From: Microcoleus sp.
GTDB lineage: Bacteria; Cyanobacteriota; Cyanobacteriia; Cyanobacteriales; Microcoleaceae
Reading direction: 5' to 3'
DNA length: 64,000 bases
Assembly: GCA_052279835.1 (NCBI GenBank)
Contig: CP181291.1
Location: forward strand, 6,112,001-6,176,000
The stretch's first letter is position 1. The number at the start of each line of letters is the position of its first letter. Shown here in pieces: positions 20,582 to 33,156 of this stretch. The notes below the pieces were generated by a model that worked only from the letters and a program-made list of their open reading frames with translations, had not been told where the DNA came from and did no database searches. A program made the position numbers and the translations under genes.

Positions 20582-21391
20582 ATGTCGAAAAATAGAACTA
20601 TAACTCTGCTAACAGATTTTGGATTAAGCGATGTTTATGTGGGAGTAATGAAAGGTGCGATCGCCCAAATCAACCCCCAACTCAAAATCATCGACATTAC
20701 CCACAACATTGGGCCTCAAAATATAGCCGCGGCTAGGTTTTGTCTGATGACTGCTTATGCTTATTTTCCCACAGAAACCGTACACATTGCCGTCGTCGAT
20801 CCTGGTGTGGGGAGTAGCAGAAGGGCGATCGCGATTCAATGTGCGAATTGCTTCCTTGTCGGGCCCGATAACGGGTTGTTTAGCGGAGTATTGAGTCAGG
20901 AAAAGGCGATCGCCTGCGTCCAACTCACCAACCCCCAATACTGGCGCACACCTCAACCCAGCAGCACTTTCCACGGTCGCGATATTTTCGCTGCTGTGGG
21001 CGCTCATGTGGCCACTGGGGTGCCGTTGGAAGAGTTGGGAGAGGCGATCGACCCCGCCAGTTTAGTACAGTTACAGATACCAAATTGTGCCATTACAGCC
21101 ACTGGTATAGAAGGCTGTATCCAATATTGCGATCGCTTTGGCAACCTAATTACTAATATCCCAAAACATAGCATTCAAACCGAAAATTGGTCAATCACAA
21201 TTAGCAATTTTAACAATACCATGTTCATACCCAGCGGCCAAAGCTACAGCGACAGCCAGCCGGGAGATTTGATTGCCATAATAGGTTCCGAAGGCTGGGT
21301 AGAAATCTCCGTTAACGGCGACAGCGCTCAATCTCTACTAAAATTGGACTCTGGGGCGATCGTCCAATTACTTTTTGACTTCAACAATTAA
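20582..21391 (+). CDS. SAM hydroxide adenosyltransferase / SAM-dependent halogenase family (DUF62)
   Basis: ITLLTDFG, VVDPGVGSSRR, VGPDNG, STFHGRDIF, DRFGNLITN. The upstream ORF extension is repeat-derived. Confidence 0.88.
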   Translation: MSKNRTITLLTDFGLSDVYVGVMKGAIAQINPQLKIIDITHNIGPQNIAAARFCLMTAYAYFPTETVHIAVVDPGVGSSRRAIAIQCANCFLVGPDNGLFSGVLSQEKAIACVQLTNPQYWRTPQPSSTFHGRDIFAAVGAHVATGVPLEELGEAIDPASLVQLQIPNCAITATGIEGCIQYCDRFGNLITNIPKHSIQTENWSITISNFNNTMFIPSGQSYSDSQPGDLIAIIGSEGWVEISVNGDSAQSLLKLDSGAIVQLLFDFNN

Positions 21392-21415
21392 ATAGGACTT
21401 ACGCATCGGGCCCAA

Positions 21416-21476
21416 AAACCGGGTTTTTACGAAAATACTTTGTTGTTACCAGCAGATTCGATAAAAAACCCGGTTT
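21416..21476. repeat. Dispersed palindromic repeat (AAACCGGGTTTTT...AAAAACCCGGTTT)
   Basis: 13-bp inverted ends; second copy at 39312-39375. Confidence 0.75.
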
Positions 21477-21495
21477 CTCAGGTGGAGTGAGTAAC

Positions 21496-22431
21496 TCATA
21501 AGTTTTTCCGATGACTTACTTTCTCGGCAAAATCCACAATAGTTTGGCGATATTCATCATTATTAAAAAAAGCATCTCCATTATTATGCTTAGCATTAGA
21601 AACAAGCAACAATTGCTTCGGTTCAGGAGAAGCAGCATATAACTTTTTGCTCATTATAGCAGGAATAAAAGGGTCAGCAGTCCCGTGCACAAACAAAACT
21701 GGCATTCCCAGCGATTTAACCTTAGCAATAGAATTAAATTTTTGCGTCAGCAGCAACCGCACCGGAAAAATCCGCGTAAAAGCATTATTTTCTACCATAT
21801 CTGCCATTCTAGTAAACGAACTTTGAACAATTAATCCAACAGCTTCAGGATGCTTGATTGCCAACTCAATAGCAACAGCACCGCCCATAGAATGACCATA
21901 CAATAAAATTTGACTGGGCGACAACTGCCGCTGCTTAACTAAATAATTGTATGCAGTTTCAGCATCCTCATATACTTGCGATTCGTTCGGGAAACCGCCT
22001 TCACTGCGGCCGTAACCCCGATAATCTATTAACAATACAGAAAAACCCAATTGCCGAAAGCGATAAGATTGAGTAATATTAGCGCCAATATTAAATCCTC
22101 GACCGTGCAAGTACAATAAAACCTTCTTGAAATCCCCTTTCTTGAACTCCCCCCTTACCAAGGGGGGCTGAGGTGGAGAATTTCCGGGAATCCACCAACC
22201 GTGAAGTTTCTCCATTTTGCCATATCTAGTTTTAACTGGCAACCAAACTTCCTCGTAGGGAATGTTAAAAGCATCCGGTATTTTTTGGAGAATATCTGTT
22301 GGTTGAAAGATGAAACGAGTTTGCAGAAAAAATAAGAGTATACAAGAAGCGAGGTAGGCGAAAGCCAAAATTTTTCCTATAATAAATACCCACTTAAACC
22401 TGTTATGCCTTTTAGTTTTCATCCATCTCAT
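21496..22431 (-). CDS. Alpha/beta hydrolase (Bem46/ABHD13-like) with N-terminal TM helix
   Basis: LYLHG, DYRGYGRSEG, GHSMGG nucleophile motif, HGTAD, AKHN. Confidence 0.85.
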   Translation of the reverse strand: MRWMKTKRHNRFKWVFIIGKILAFAYLASCILLFFLQTRFIFQPTDILQKIPDAFNIPYEEVWLPVKTRYGKMEKLHGWWIPGNSPPQPPLVRGEFKKGDFKKVLLYLHGRGFNIGANITQSYRFRQLGFSVLLIDYRGYGRSEGGFPNESQVYEDAETAYNYLVKQRQLSPSQILLYGHSMGGAVAIELAIKHPEAVGLIVQSSFTRMADMVENNAFTRIFPVRLLLTQKFNSIAKVKSLGMPVLFVHGTADPFIPAIMSKKLYAASPEPKQLLLVSNAKHNNGDAFFNNDEYRQTIVDFAEKVSHRKNL

Positions 22432-22523
22432 TTTTCAAATTAGGTTCGTAGTAATGACTAAAGTCATTCCCAAGTATTTTTTGAGGACTTTAGTCCTTAC
22501 TACAAACTTGTTTATTCCGCAAC

Positions 22524-25097
22524 TCAAGCAACCACAAAATTAACCAACTTTCCAGGCACCACAATCACCTTTTTAATCTCCTTACCCTCCAGATGCCGCT
22601 TAGCCAACTCTGACTCGCGAGCAAACTTTTCCAAAGCAGCTTTGTCCGCACCAGAAGGCACTTGAATTGTACCGCGAGTCTTGCCCATAACCTGAATTAC
22701 CAGCGTAATTTCATCAGTAACCAATGCGGAAGCATCCACCATCGGCCAAGTTTGCGTGTGTACCGATTCACTGTTACCAATCAAGTGCCACAATTCATCA
22801 GCTATATGCGGTGCAAAAGGCGCTAACAATCGAATCAAAGTATTGATTCCTTCTGCATAAATCGGCGAATCTTTACATTTAGCATCAGTCAAAGCATTGC
22901 TCAATTTCATCATTTCCGAAACCGCAGTATTGAACTGATACTCACCCTCCAAATCATCGCTGATTTCCTTAATCGCAATGTGAATCGCCCGCCGCAAATC
23001 CTGCTCAGCTTTACTTAAAGTGTCCTTCTCCCCCCCTTGTAGGGGCGGTGCCCCCGTGCCCGCCCTGACAGAGGGGGGTGCAGCAAACTCGGTCACCAAC
23101 CGCCAAACGCGATTTAAAAAGCGGAATTGTCCTTCTACATCGGCGTCATCCCACTCCAAATCTTTCTCCGGCGGCGCTTTGAATAAAATAAACATCCGCG
23201 CCGTATCAACCCCGTATTTTGCCATCACATCCAAGGGGTCAACACCGTTGTATTTTGATTTGGACATCTTCTCATAGAAGACTTGCAAAGGTTCCCCCGT
23301 CTGAGGATCTTTTGGATTTGCCACATCAACTTCGCCTGCTGGAACATATTTGCCAGTAACGGGATTTTTATAGGCCATTGCTTGCACCATGCCTTGAGTT
23401 AATAGGCGCTTAAATGGTTCGTCGCAATTAATCAAACCCCGATCGCGCAAAACCTTAGTAAAGAAGCGAGAATACAGTAAATGCAGGATTGCGTGTTCGA
23501 TGCCACCCACATATTGATCCACCGGCATCCAATCATTAGTTTTCGCCGTATCAAATACTTGCTCCTCATTTCTGGCATCGGGATAGCGCAAGAAATACCA
23601 AGAAGAATCAATAAAAGTATCCATCGTATCGGTTTCTCGCTTCGCCGGAGTGCCGCAACTCGGACAAGGAACATTCACCCACTCTTCCAGCTTTGCTAAG
23701 GGCGAACCTTTGCCCGTAAATTCTACATTTTCCGGCAAAACTACTGGCAAATCCGATGCTGGTACAGGTACGATTCCGCAGTTGGGACAGTGAATTACAG
23801 GAATGGGAGCACCCCAATAACGCTGTCTAGAAATCAACCAATCTCGCAAACGATATTGGACTCGTGCTTTGCCATAACCTTGGTTTTCAGCATATTGAAT
23901 AATCGCTGCTTTGCCTTTAATTGAATCCATACCGTTGAAGCTTTCAGAATTAATCATAATTCCCGGTTCGGTGTAAGCTTCAGTTAAAGGCACTTCATCA
24001 TCTGCCACAATTACTACTTTAATTGGCAGTTCATATTGATTGGCAAATTGGAAATCTCGCGAGTCGTGGGCGGGTACTCCCATCACTGCGCCGGTGCCGT
24101 ATTCGTACAGCACGTAATCGGCAATCCAAATCGGGATTTCTTCACCGTTAAAAGGATTGATGGCTTTGCCGCCTGTGGGAATGCCGCGCTTCGGTTTGTC
24201 CTCTGCTGTGCGATCGATTTCGGTTTGCAGTGCCACTTCTTTCACAAAGTTTTCGACGGCCGTTTTGTGCTCCGGTGTAGTAACGCGATTAGTTAAGGGA
24301 TGTTCCGGGGACAATACAACATAACTCACACCATAAACTGTGTCGGGACGAGTGGTGAAAACAGCGATTTTTTCATCCATCCCCACAATGGGAAATTCTA
24401 AGTAAGCACCCACGGATTTGCCAATCCAGTTAGCTTGCATTAATTTGACTCTTTCTGGCCAATCTGGCAATTTGTCTAAGTCATTTAATAACTGTTCGGC
24501 ATAATCGGTAATTTTGAGGAACCATTGTCGCAATAATTTGCGCTCTACTTGGGCACCGGAACGCCAGGAACGACCTTCGTTATCGACTTGTTCGTTTGCT
24601 AAGACTGTTTGATCGATGGGGTCCCAATTAACTGTCGCTTCTTTTTGGTATGCTAGTCCTGCTGCTAAAAATTGCAAGAAAATCCATTGAGTCCAGCGAT
24701 AATAATCGGGTGAACAAGTTGTAACTTCTTTTGTCCAATCAAAGGAAATGCCCAGGCGATGAAATAAGTTTTTCATTTGGGCAATATTTTGATAAGTCCA
24801 TTGGGCGGGGGGAATTCCTCGCTCGATGGCGGCATTTTCTGCTGGTAAACCAAAAGCGTCCCATCCCATCGGATTCAATACCCGATAGCCTTGCATCCGC
24901 TTGAGTCTGGCAATTACATCAATAATTGTGTAGTTGCGGACGTGGCCCATGTGCAGGTTTCCTGATGGATAGGGGAACATGGATAAGGCATAAAATTTAG
25001 GCTTTTGAGTATCTTCTGGCATTTTGTCTAAGTTTTGCTCAGCCCATGTCTGTTGCCATTTTTCTTCTATGGATGCGGGGTTATATCTGGAATCCAC
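22524..25097 (-). CDS. leuS: Leucine--tRNA ligase
   Basis: [13 protein letters not shown] (HIGH), FTTRPDT editing domain, [16 protein letters not shown]. Confidence 0.98.
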   Translation of the reverse strand: MDSRYNPASIEEKWQQTWAEQNLDKMPEDTQKPKFYALSMFPYPSGNLHMGHVRNYTIIDVIARLKRMQGYRVLNPMGWDAFGLPAENAAIERGIPPAQWTYQNIAQMKNLFHRLGISFDWTKEVTTCSPDYYRWTQWIFLQFLAAGLAYQKEATVNWDPIDQTVLANEQVDNEGRSWRSGAQVERKLLRQWFLKITDYAEQLLNDLDKLPDWPERVKLMQANWIGKSVGAYLEFPIVGMDEKIAVFTTRPDTVYGVSYVVLSPEHPLTNRVTTPEHKTAVENFVKEVALQTEIDRTAEDKPKRGIPTGGKAINPFNGEEIPIWIADYVLYEYGTGAVMGVPAHDSRDFQFANQYELPIKVVIVADDEVPLTEAYTEPGIMINSESFNGMDSIKGKAAIIQYAENQGYGKARVQYRLRDWLISRQRYWGAPIPVIHCPNCGIVPVPASDLPVVLPENVEFTGKGSPLAKLEEWVNVPCPSCGTPAKRETDTMDTFIDSSWYFLRYPDARNEEQVFDTAKTNDWMPVDQYVGGIEHAILHLLYSRFFTKVLRDRGLINCDEPFKRLLTQGMVQAMAYKNPVTGKYVPAGEVDVANPKDPQTGEPLQVFYEKMSKSKYNGVDPLDVMAKYGVDTARMFILFKAPPEKDLEWDDADVEGQFRFLNRVWRLVTEFAAPPSVRAGTGAPPLQGGEKDTLSKAEQDLRRAIHIAIKEISDDLEGEYQFNTAVSEMMKLSNALTDAKCKDSPIYAEGINTLIRLLAPFAPHIADELWHLIGNSESVHTQTWPMVDASALVTDEITLVIQVMGKTRGTIQVPSGADKAALEKFARESELAKRHLEGKEIKKVIVVPGKLVNFVVA

Positions 25098-25247
25098 AAC
25101 AATTTCTCCTTTTAGGATTTAGTAGTGTTTGCTTGAATATTTTTGCACATTCAAGGGGCTTCGATTCGGATTTTTTTGAGTTCCAAGGATTTTGGCTCCT
25201 GTTCTTGTATTATACATTGTAGTATATAAAATTTTGGTTGGGGGCAA

Positions 25248-25436
25248 TGGGGAATCGGGAATCGGGAATGGGGAATCGGGAATGGGGAATCGGGAATGGG
25301 GAATCGGGAATCGGGCATAAAGCATAGGGTATTACCCATTACTTATTAACTATTACCCATTACTTATTAGCTATTACCCATTACTTATTAGCTATTACCC
25401 ATTACTTATTACCCATTCCCCATTACCCATTACCTA
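25248..25436. repeat. Heptamer tandem repeats (GGGAAT(C/G))n and a 21-bp unit TATTACCCATTACTTATTA(A/G)C repeated about four times
   Basis: Direct reading; 21-bp units start at 25330, 25351, 25372 and 25393. Confidence 0.85.
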
Positions 25437-25498
25437 TTCTCGATGGTAATTAATCTTTGACCACAAAGACAGTAGGCGCAAATATTCCCCACCCAGAG

Positions 25499-26236
25499 TT
25501 ACTGTTTTTGAGCATTACCAGCGTGCAAACCACACTCTTTTAATGTCGATTCTTCCCACCACCAGCGACCTTCCCGTTCGTGTTGATTTGGCAATACTGC
25601 TTTCGTACAAGGTTCGCAACCAATGCTGACAAAACCGCGTTCGTGGAGTTTATTATAGGGGACATCCAAAGCACGAATGTAATCCCAAACTTCTGCGGAA
25701 GACCAGTTTGCTAAGGGGTTGAATTTAATTAATTCATGGTCGGGAGTAGAAAATGCAGTATCCTGTTCAATTACTGGAATATGGTTGCGGGTACTGGGGC
25801 TTTGGTCTTTCCGTTGGCCAGTAATCCACGCATCTAAAGTATTTAGTTTCCGGCGCAGTGGCTTGACTTTTCGCACGCCACAACATTCTTTGTGCCCATC
25901 TTCATAAAAGCTAAACAATCCCTTTTCGTCTACTAAGGCTTGTACTTCCGCTGCATCGGGAAACATGACTTCTATTTTAATGCCGTAATGTTTTCTAACT
26001 TGTTCTAAAAACTGATAGGTTTCGGAGTGCAATCTTCCGGTGTCTAGGGTGAAAACGCGGAAGTTTTTGGTGAGTTTTGAAGCGAGATCGATCAGCACTA
26101 CATCTTCGGCACCACTGAAAGAAATTGCAATATTGTCAAAATTTTCTAGGGCAAATTTAAGAATATCTCGCGGTGTTTTTGTGCTGTACTCTGCTTCGAG
26201 GGCTGGAATGTTTAGATTGGTTCCAATGGCTACCAT
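25499..26236 (-). CDS. cysH: (P)APS reductase, Fe-S-cluster (APS reductase) type
   Basis: [55 protein letters not shown]. Confidence 0.92.
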   Translation of the reverse strand: MVAIGTNLNIPALEAEYSTKTPRDILKFALENFDNIAISFSGAEDVVLIDLASKLTKNFRVFTLDTGRLHSETYQFLEQVRKHYGIKIEVMFPDAAEVQALVDEKGLFSFYEDGHKECCGVRKVKPLRRKLNTLDAWITGQRKDQSPSTRNHIPVIEQDTAFSTPDHELIKFNPLANWSSAEVWDYIRALDVPYNKLHERGFVSIGCEPCTKAVLPNQHEREGRWWWEESTLKECGLHAGNAQKQ

Positions 26237-26663
26237 AGTTTTGTGTTCTCCGTGTTATTTTTTGTCTAACCCTGAATTGTAACCGATCGCAGTCTCTCTC
26301 ATACCGATCGATTTGACAATCCAGCATCCACGGTACATACCGCCGGATTCATCCCTGGAGAAATACAAAACCTGCTATCGGATTTATTTGGGAACAGATT
26401 TATTCCTTCGCCGACAGACTGACGGGGTTGCTTTGTTCAAGAGACTTCTCCTCAAAACCTGCCAAAGAACAGGTAAGATGCCTGTTGCACCATCATTTTG
26501 GGAGATGTCTAATAGTCTCCTCTAACATCTAAAATCGGTATGTGAGTTATATTTGTATTTGGATTGGGGTGAATTTATCCCTCAAGGCTAAAGTCAAAGA
26601 GGCGATCGCAGCGCCACCCATAAAACTTATCTACGGTCAAAAATAGCAAAGAAGTTTAAAACC

Positions 26664-27029
26664 ATGTCAAAAATCTTAGTAGTAGACGATGTTCCCAGCG
26701 AACTAGAAATCATCTGTCGCATTCTTCAAGATGTGGGAATGGAAGTGATCCGGGCCGGAGATGGCGCAGAAGCGATCGCCCGTATCCAAGAAAAAGCGCC
26801 GGATCTGGTCATTTTAGATGTAGTAATGCCACGAATGAACGGATTTGAGGTGATTCGAGAATTGCGGGGCGATCGCAAAACCGCATATTTGCCAGTAGTA
26901 TTTTGTACTCATAAAAACACCGATATCGATAAAGCTTGGGGAACTGATTTAGGGGCTGATGCTTACCTCAGCAAACCCTTTGAACCTCAGCAACTTGTCA
27001 ACATTGTACAGCGTTTGCTATCAAAATAA
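26664..27029 (+). CDS. CheY-like single-domain response regulator
   Basis: ILVVDD, LVILDVVMP, CT, YLSKPF; first gene of the chemosensory operon. Confidence 0.9.
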   Translation: MSKILVVDDVPSELEIICRILQDVGMEVIRAGDGAEAIARIQEKAPDLVILDVVMPRMNGFEVIRELRGDRKTAYLPVVFCTHKNTDIDKAWGTDLGADAYLSKPFEPQQLVNIVQRLLSK

Positions 27030-27177
27030 ACTCCTGCTCAAAGATAGATATTTTTTTATATTGTCACGGGGATCTAGGGCGAAATTTTGCCAAGGGCGAG
27101 TTCCAGCGATCGACTAAGGGCAAACAGATAGCACATATTTTCTTTTTTTAAGCTACACTAGAGACTAAAAATAAGCC

Positions 27178-27678
27178 ATGAAAACAACTGCTTCTGGCAG
27201 TGCAGGGAATCAGACAAATGGAACAAAGCAATTTCTCGTCTTCGCTCAAGCAGACAGTTTGTTTGGCGTCGAGTTAGAAACAGTGCGGGAAGTGCTTTCC
27301 CTCAAAGAACAACCCATTTCGCCGGTGCCGAACACCCAGTCATTTTTGCTGGGATTAACCAACTTGCGGGGCGAAATTTTAGCGACAGCAGACTTTGGTC
27401 AGTTCACAGGTATCGCACCGGTTGATACCCACCATTCCAGCAGTCGCATCTTAGTCGTGGAAGCGCCCGATCCGCGAGACTTAAGACTGTCTAAAATGCG
27501 CATGGGCTTAGCTGTCTCCCGCGTTGAAGGAGTTTTACCTCTGAATCCCGATCGCATTGTCTCCGCCATAGACGTCAGTTCTGACCTCGCCCCCTTTCTC
27601 AAAGGTTTGTACAATTGTGATGGACGCTTACTCATGATTGTGGATGTAGAAGCGATCGCCCATTCCGAACGCTGGTAA
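27178..27678 (+). CDS. cheW: CheW adaptor protein
   Basis: PVPNT..LLGLTNLRGEIL, GLAVSRVEGV. Confidence 0.88.
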   Translation: MKTTASGSAGNQTNGTKQFLVFAQADSLFGVELETVREVLSLKEQPISPVPNTQSFLLGLTNLRGEILATADFGQFTGIAPVDTHHSSSRILVVEAPDPRDLRLSKMRMGLAVSRVEGVLPLNPDRIVSAIDVSSDLAPFLKGLYNCDGRLLMIVDVEAIAHSERW

Positions 27679-27768
27679 GTAGAAGGAAGAAGGAAGAATG
27701 GGGAGTAAATCTAAAATCTCGCAATCGATCCATCGCTCGCCTTTAATTTGCAAACTATAAATTTTATC

Positions 27769-30700
27769 ATGAAACTTCTCTATAGCTCGATCGCAACAAG
27801 TTTTACCCTGACATTACCAGATATCTCCCAGCCATTCCTGCTTGGGCTAGCAAATTGTATCATTTGTATATGTTACTTTGCGATCGCCTCACTGATTAGC
27901 TTAGGTTTGTGGCGAAACCGCAAATTCGGCTTCGATACCTTCGCCACAGTCACAGCATTCATATTTTGGAGTTGTGCCTTCGGGCACAGCGGCCACGCAG
28001 CAGAACACTTAGGATTGCCACACTCCCCAGTTTGGCAAACGGTGTGCGATTGGATTACTGTAATGCCGGCGATCGCCTTTTTAAGCCTCTCCAACCGCTA
28101 CAGCTTATTAGTAGGTTCCACCCAAATTCTGCAAGCAAAAAAAGACACAGAACAAGCCCTAAGTGAAACTACTCAGCGATTTCAATCCATCTTCGATCAA
28201 GCTTTTCAATTAATAACGCTATTAGAACCAGACGGTACTCTAATCGAAGCCAATCAAACAGCCCTAGAATTTGGTGATTACGAACCGTCAGATTTGCTTG
28301 GTCAGAAATTTTGGTATACACCTTGGTGGGCATCATCCTCAACAAACCAGCAACAGCTAAAAACTCACATCAAACAAGTATCCGCCGGCAAATTTGTCCG
28401 AGAAGAATACGAAATCATCGGAGTCAATAACCAAGTGACAGTAATTGACCTGTCCTTGAAACCCCTATTAAATGAAGCTGGGGAAGTATTTCAAATCCTC
28501 GCCGAAGGTCGGGATATTACCCAAAGCAAACAAACCGAAGCTCAATTGCAGCAGCTAACCGCAGAACTAGAGCAGCGAGTGCATGAAAGAACCCAACAGA
28601 TTCTGGAAACAAATAGACAATTACAACAGGAAATAAGCGATCGCACCGCAGTCGAACAACAGCTATTACGACTCAAATCAATTTTAGAAGCAACAACAGA
28701 CTGGGTAGGCATGGCAGATGCCAAAGGGAACAGTCTTTATATGAACCGCGCCACCAGAGAAATATTGAATGTTGGAGACAGTACCGATTTAGCAGGAGTC
28801 AGCATTTCTGACGTGATATCTCCCAAAAGTAAGGACACTATTGTGAAAGTCGGCATACCAGCAGCTTGCCGAGACGGAGTGTGGAGTGGCGAGATAATTT
28901 GGCAGACTTTAGACGGCCAAGAAATACCAGTTTCTCAAGTAATTATTGCTCACAAATCTGAGAATGGAGAAGTTGAATTTTTGTCAACCATCGCCCGCAA
29001 CATTAGTAATCGCAAGCGCACGGAACAAACCTTGCGACAAAACTTGCAAATGCTCGACCTTGCCAGCGATGCTTTGATTATTCGAGAGCTAGATGGCACA
29101 ATTAATTACTGGAATCAGGGAGCATCGCGCCTCTACGGCTGGACTAAGGAAGAAGCCTTGGAAAAAGTCACTCACAGCCTGTTTCATACTATCTTTCCCA
29201 AACAACCTTTAGCATCTATTTCGGCACAGCTAGAACAGCAGGATTATTGGGAAGGAGAACTGATTCATACTACTAATCACAACACCCGAATTACCGTATT
29301 CAGCCGCTGGACTTTGCAGCGAGACGAACAGGGAAACCCCAAAGCAATTTTAGAAACCAACAACGACATTACAGAGCGCAAGCTTGCCGAAATCGAAAAC
29401 AAAAGATTGATTTCGATCGTAGAAAGCAGCTCCGATTTTATCGGCGTGGCAGCGATAGATGGGCAGGCAATATACGTGAATGCCGCTGGAATGAAGCTAG
29501 TTGAACTTCAAAACATGGAACAAGTCAAAAGCAAAACCATGTTTGACTTTTTCACACCAGAAGACACTAAGATACTCAGGGAAGAGATTCTGCCTGCTAC
29601 GATGCGAGATGGCTTGTGGCAGGGAGAATTCCGGTTGAGAAACTTTCAAACCGACGAAAACATTCCCATTGACTTTACCCTGTTTACCGTCAAAGACCCA
29701 GAAACAGGCGAACCAGTGGGTTTAGCGACAGTTACCCGCGACATTAGCGATCGCAAGCGGGCAGAAGAGATGTTGCGCGATCGGGAAAGACTGTTCCGAG
29801 CCATTTTTGACCAATCGTTCCAATTTATAGGTCTGCTAGAACCCGACGGCACGATGTTAGAAGTCAACCAAACAGCCCTCTGGGCCACTGATGTGGGGAT
29901 TGAAGACATAGTAGGGAAGCCGTTTTGGGAAACCCCGTGGTGGGATATTTCCCCAGAAGTCAAGCAGCGGGTACGAGAAGCTGTCGCCAAAGCAGCCGGC
30001 GGCGAGGTAGTTCGCTACGAAGCGGAAGTCCTAGTTACCGGAGGTTTCGTCGCAACCATTGACTTCTCCCTCAAACCGATCGCCGACGATACTGGCAAAG
30101 TCGTGTTGCTGATTCCCGAAGGCCGCGACATCAGCGATCGCATTGCCCTAGAACGAGAACTAACCTTGCGTCAAGCCCGCTTTGATGCCTTTTTCGCCGC
30201 TTCACCAGCGGGAATGTTTATCACCGACGACAAACTGCGCTTCGTGCAGTTCAACCAGAAGATGGCCGAATTCGGTGGTCAGCCAGCTTCAGCATATATG
30301 GGCAAAACCCTATGGGAAGTTGAACCGGAAATGGCACCGACCATTGAGCCTTTGTACCAGCAGGTTTTGAGTAGCAACCAACCAATTTTAAACCTGGAAC
30401 TCTGCCTTGCAACTAACGCAGAGCCTAGTGTGATGCGGGACTGGGTGGCATCTTACTTTCCTTTACCCGGACAGGATGGCAAACCCATCGGTATTGGTAC
30501 CTTCATCTGGGAAGTGACCGATCGCAAAAACCTAGAACGAGAACTCGCCTTGCGTCAAGCCCGCTTTGACGCATTTTTTGCAGCCGCCCCAGCCTCAATG
30601 TTTATCTTTGACGACCATTTACGGTTCGTGCAAGTAAATGAAAAATTAGCCGAAACCACCGGGCCCTCAGTATCGGAACACCTCGGCAAAACGGTGAGGG

Positions 30701-33144
30701 AAATTGCACCCCAAATGGTCGATACTTTAGAGCCGATGCTGCAAAATATTCTGGCGAACAACGAACCTGTTTTGAACATCGAGTTATCCGGTACAACCCT
30801 GAGTCAACCGGGCGTCATGCGGTATTGGCTGGCTTCTTACTTTCCTTTGTCAGGAGAAAACGGTAAGCCGATCGGTGTCGGCGGAGTAGCAGTCGAAATT
30901 ACCGATCGCAAACAAGCAGAACAAGAACGCGATCGGTTTTTCACCCTTTCCCTAGACTTGCTGTGCATCGCCGATTTTGAAGGCAAATTCAAGCGCGTCA
31001 ATCCCGCCTGGGCAACAACCCTCGGCTACACTTTAGAAGAACTACAAGAACAACCTTTTCTCAATTTTGTTCATCCAGACGATCGCCAACATACCGCATC
31101 CGAAGCTAACAAAATAGCTCAGGGAATCGAAACAATCGCGTTTGAAAATCGCTACCGCTGCAAAGACGGTTCCTACAAGTGGCTGTCGTGGAAATCACGA
31201 CCTTTACACCAAGAAAAGATCATGTATGCAGTGGCTCGCGACATTACCGACAGCAAACACGCAATTAGTCAATTACAAGAAACAACCGCCCAGTTAGCCC
31301 GTTCCGAATCCGAATTTAGACAGCAAAAAAACCTCTTGCAACTGCTAATTGATAGCATTGGTGAAGGCGTAGTTGCAGCCGACACAAAAGGCAATTTTTT
31401 CCTGTTCAACCCCGCTGCCGAAAATATATTTGGCTTGGGTTCAACAGACACACTGCCCGACGAGTGGTCGGCAAAATACGGTTTATTTTTGAGCGATGGA
31501 GTTACTCCCTATCCCACCGCCGACATACCTTTAACGCGGGCCATTCGAGGAGAAATAGTTGACGACGCAGAGGTTTTCACCAGGCACGCAGGCAAGCCAG
31601 AGGGTGTGTGGGTAAAAATTAACGGCCGCCCGCTCAAAGACGAAACAGGAGCAATCAAAGGTGGCGTAGTTGTCTGCCGCAACATCACCGAAGAAAAAGC
31701 ATCTACCAAGCGAATGCAGCAGTTAGCAGAGTCACAAGAACGCTTACTGCAAGAACTCAAAACGCGGCAAAATGCCCTCGATGAATCCGCAATCGTCAGC
31801 GAAACAGACCTCAAAGGCATCATCACCTACGTCAACGAAAGATTCACTCAAATATCTGGTTACAGTATGGGAGAACTCCTCAACCGCGACCATCGCATCG
31901 TCAACTCCGGCTATCATCCCAAATCATTTTTTCAAGAAATGTGGCTGACGATTTCTCGCGGCTTGGTATGGAAGGGTGAAATAAAAAATCGGCGCAAAGA
32001 CGGCTCGTTTTATTGGGTAGATTCCACCATCGCCCCCATCTTTGACACCCATGGTAAAATTATTAAATATATTGCCATCCGCTTTGACATCAATGAACGC
32101 AAAAAAGCACAAGAAGGACTAGAAAAATTAGCAGCAGAACGCAAAGCAGAAGCTGATTCATTGACCCAGCAAGTCCTCAAATTGTTAGGAGAAATTAAAG
32201 GCGCGGCTCAAGGCGATTTGACTGTCAGAGCAGAAGTTAATAACGATGTTTTAGGTGCTGTCGCCGACTCCTTCAACTTCCTGATCGGTTCCCTGCGAAA
32301 AGTGGTTACAGGAATTCAAACTTTAGCAGAACAGGTAACATCAGCCACCGATGAGTCAATTAGTAATACCAGCCAACTGACGCAACAAGCAGAAGTTCAA
32401 GCAGCCAAAATATCTGCCATCATGCAAGAAATCGATCGCATTGTCAATTCAATCCGTGACGTGCGAGATGTTTCGGTGCGCGCCGAAACAGTCGCCCAAC
32501 AGTCTTCTCACACCGCTGAAGCCGGCGGTATGGCGGTCGATCGAGCTGTAGAAGGCATTAACGAACTCCGATTGACGATCGCCTCAACCTCAAAAATGAT
32601 GAAACGTTTAGGTGAGTCTTCCCAACAAATCGGCAAAATTGTGACATCTATTTCGCAACTTGCTTCCCAAACTAATTTGCTAGCCCTCAATGCTACCATT
32701 GAAGCCGCGCGGGCGGGGGAACAAGGTTTAGGTTTTGCAGTTGTAGCCGAAGAAGTGCGAAAATTAGCAGAAAGATCCGCCGGTGCGACGGAAGAAATCT
32801 CCGAAATTGTCGGTACAATTCAAGAAGAAATCAGTCGTGTAATGAAGGCAATGGAATCAGGAACACTGGAAGTAGTGGAAGGTACTAAACTCGCCAGCGA
32901 AGCTAAAACTCACCTGAATGCCATCATCGAAGTTAGCCGGGAAATGAACGCTTTGGTGCAAAATATTACTCGCGCCTCAGCAAAACAAACAATTTCGGCT
33001 GAGGAGATTTCTAACAGTATGCAGCAAGTGAATGAGATTGCCAATACAACTGCTCAAAAAGGTTCGGATGTTAAAGCATCTTTGGACGATCTGTCTGGTT
33101 CTGTTGCTAAATTACAAAAATCAGTCGCGAATTTTAGGAGTTAG
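27769..33144 (+). CDS. Methyl-accepting chemotaxis protein with 3-TM N-terminal domain, about 10 PAS domains, HAMP and signalling domain
   Basis: Ten PAS/PAC units ending in DIT/DIS-type motifs; [47 protein letters not shown]. Confidence 0.92.
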   Translation: MKLLYSSIATSFTLTLPDISQPFLLGLANCIICICYFAIASLISLGLWRNRKFGFDTFATVTAFIFWSCAFGHSGHAAEHLGLPHSPVWQTVCDWITVMPAIAFLSLSNRYSLLVGSTQILQAKKDTEQALSETTQRFQSIFDQAFQLITLLEPDGTLIEANQTALEFGDYEPSDLLGQKFWYTPWWASSSTNQQQLKTHIKQVSAGKFVREEYEIIGVNNQVTVIDLSLKPLLNEAGEVFQILAEGRDITQSKQTEAQLQQLTAELEQRVHERTQQILETNRQLQQEISDRTAVEQQLLRLKSILEATTDWVGMADAKGNSLYMNRATREILNVGDSTDLAGVSISDVISPKSKDTIVKVGIPAACRDGVWSGEIIWQTLDGQEIPVSQVIIAHKSENGEVEFLSTIARNISNRKRTEQTLRQNLQMLDLASDALIIRELDGTINYWNQGASRLYGWTKEEALEKVTHSLFHTIFPKQPLASISAQLEQQDYWEGELIHTTNHNTRITVFSRWTLQRDEQGNPKAILETNNDITERKLAEIENKRLISIVESSSDFIGVAAIDGQAIYVNAAGMKLVELQNMEQVKSKTMFDFFTPEDTKILREEILPATMRDGLWQGEFRLRNFQTDENIPIDFTLFTVKDPETGEPVGLATVTRDISDRKRAEEMLRDRERLFRAIFDQSFQFIGLLEPDGTMLEVNQTALWATDVGIEDIVGKPFWETPWWDISPEVKQRVREAVAKAAGGEVVRYEAEVLVTGGFVATIDFSLKPIADDTGKVVLLIPEGRDISDRIALERELTLRQARFDAFFAASPAGMFITDDKLRFVQFNQKMAEFGGQPASAYMGKTLWEVEPEMAPTIEPLYQQVLSSNQPILNLELCLATNAEPSVMRDWVASYFPLPGQDGKPIGIGTFIWEVTDRKNLERELALRQARFDAFFAAAPASMFIFDDHLRFVQVNEKLAETTGPSVSEHLGKTVREIAPQMVDTLEPMLQNILANNEPVLNIELSGTTLSQPGVMRYWLASYFPLSGENGKPIGVGGVAVEITDRKQAEQERDRFFTLSLDLLCIADFEGKFKRVNPAWATTLGYTLEELQEQPFLNFVHPDDRQHTASEANKIAQGIETIAFENRYRCKDGSYKWLSWKSRPLHQEKIMYAVARDITDSKHAISQLQETTAQLARSESEFRQQKNLLQLLIDSIGEGVVAADTKGNFFLFNPAAENIFGLGSTDTLPDEWSAKYGLFLSDGVTPYPTADIPLTRAIRGEIVDDAEVFTRHAGKPEGVWVKINGRPLKDETGAIKGGVVVCRNITEEKASTKRMQQLAESQERLLQELKTRQNALDESAIVSETDLKGIITYVNERFTQISGYSMGELLNRDHRIVNSGYHPKSFFQEMWLTISRGLVWKGEIKNRRKDGSFYWVDSTIAPIFDTHGKIIKYIAIRFDINERKKAQEGLEKLAAERKAEADSLTQQVLKLLGEIKGAAQGDLTVRAEVNNDVLGAVADSFNFLIGSLRKVVTGIQTLAEQVTSATDESISNTSQLTQQAEVQAAKISAIMQEIDRIVNSIRDVRDVSVRAETVAQQSSHTAEAGGMAVDRAVEGINELRLTIASTSKMMKRLGESSQQIGKIVTSISQLASQTNLLALNATIEAARAGEQGLGFAVVAEEVRKLAERSAGATEEISEIVGTIQEEISRVMKAMESGTLEVVEGTKLASEAKTHLNAIIEVSREMNALVQNITRASAKQTISAEEISNSMQQVNEIANTTAQKGSDVKASLDDLSGSVAKLQKSVANFRS

Positions 33145-33156
33145 TCAGTTGATAGT

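Noticed and set aside
20582..21391. Fluorinase/chlorinase natural-product gene
   Set aside because: Motifs and lack of a biosynthetic context fit the widespread DUF62 SAM hydrolase
25330..25436. 21-bp periodic repeat as a possible CRISPR array
   Set aside because: Units are contiguous with no unique spacers, and no cas genes are present
27030..27177. c-di-GMP-I riboswitch in the cheY-cheW spacer (GGGCAAAC present)
   Set aside because: No following GNRA hairpin or GACGCAAAG motif
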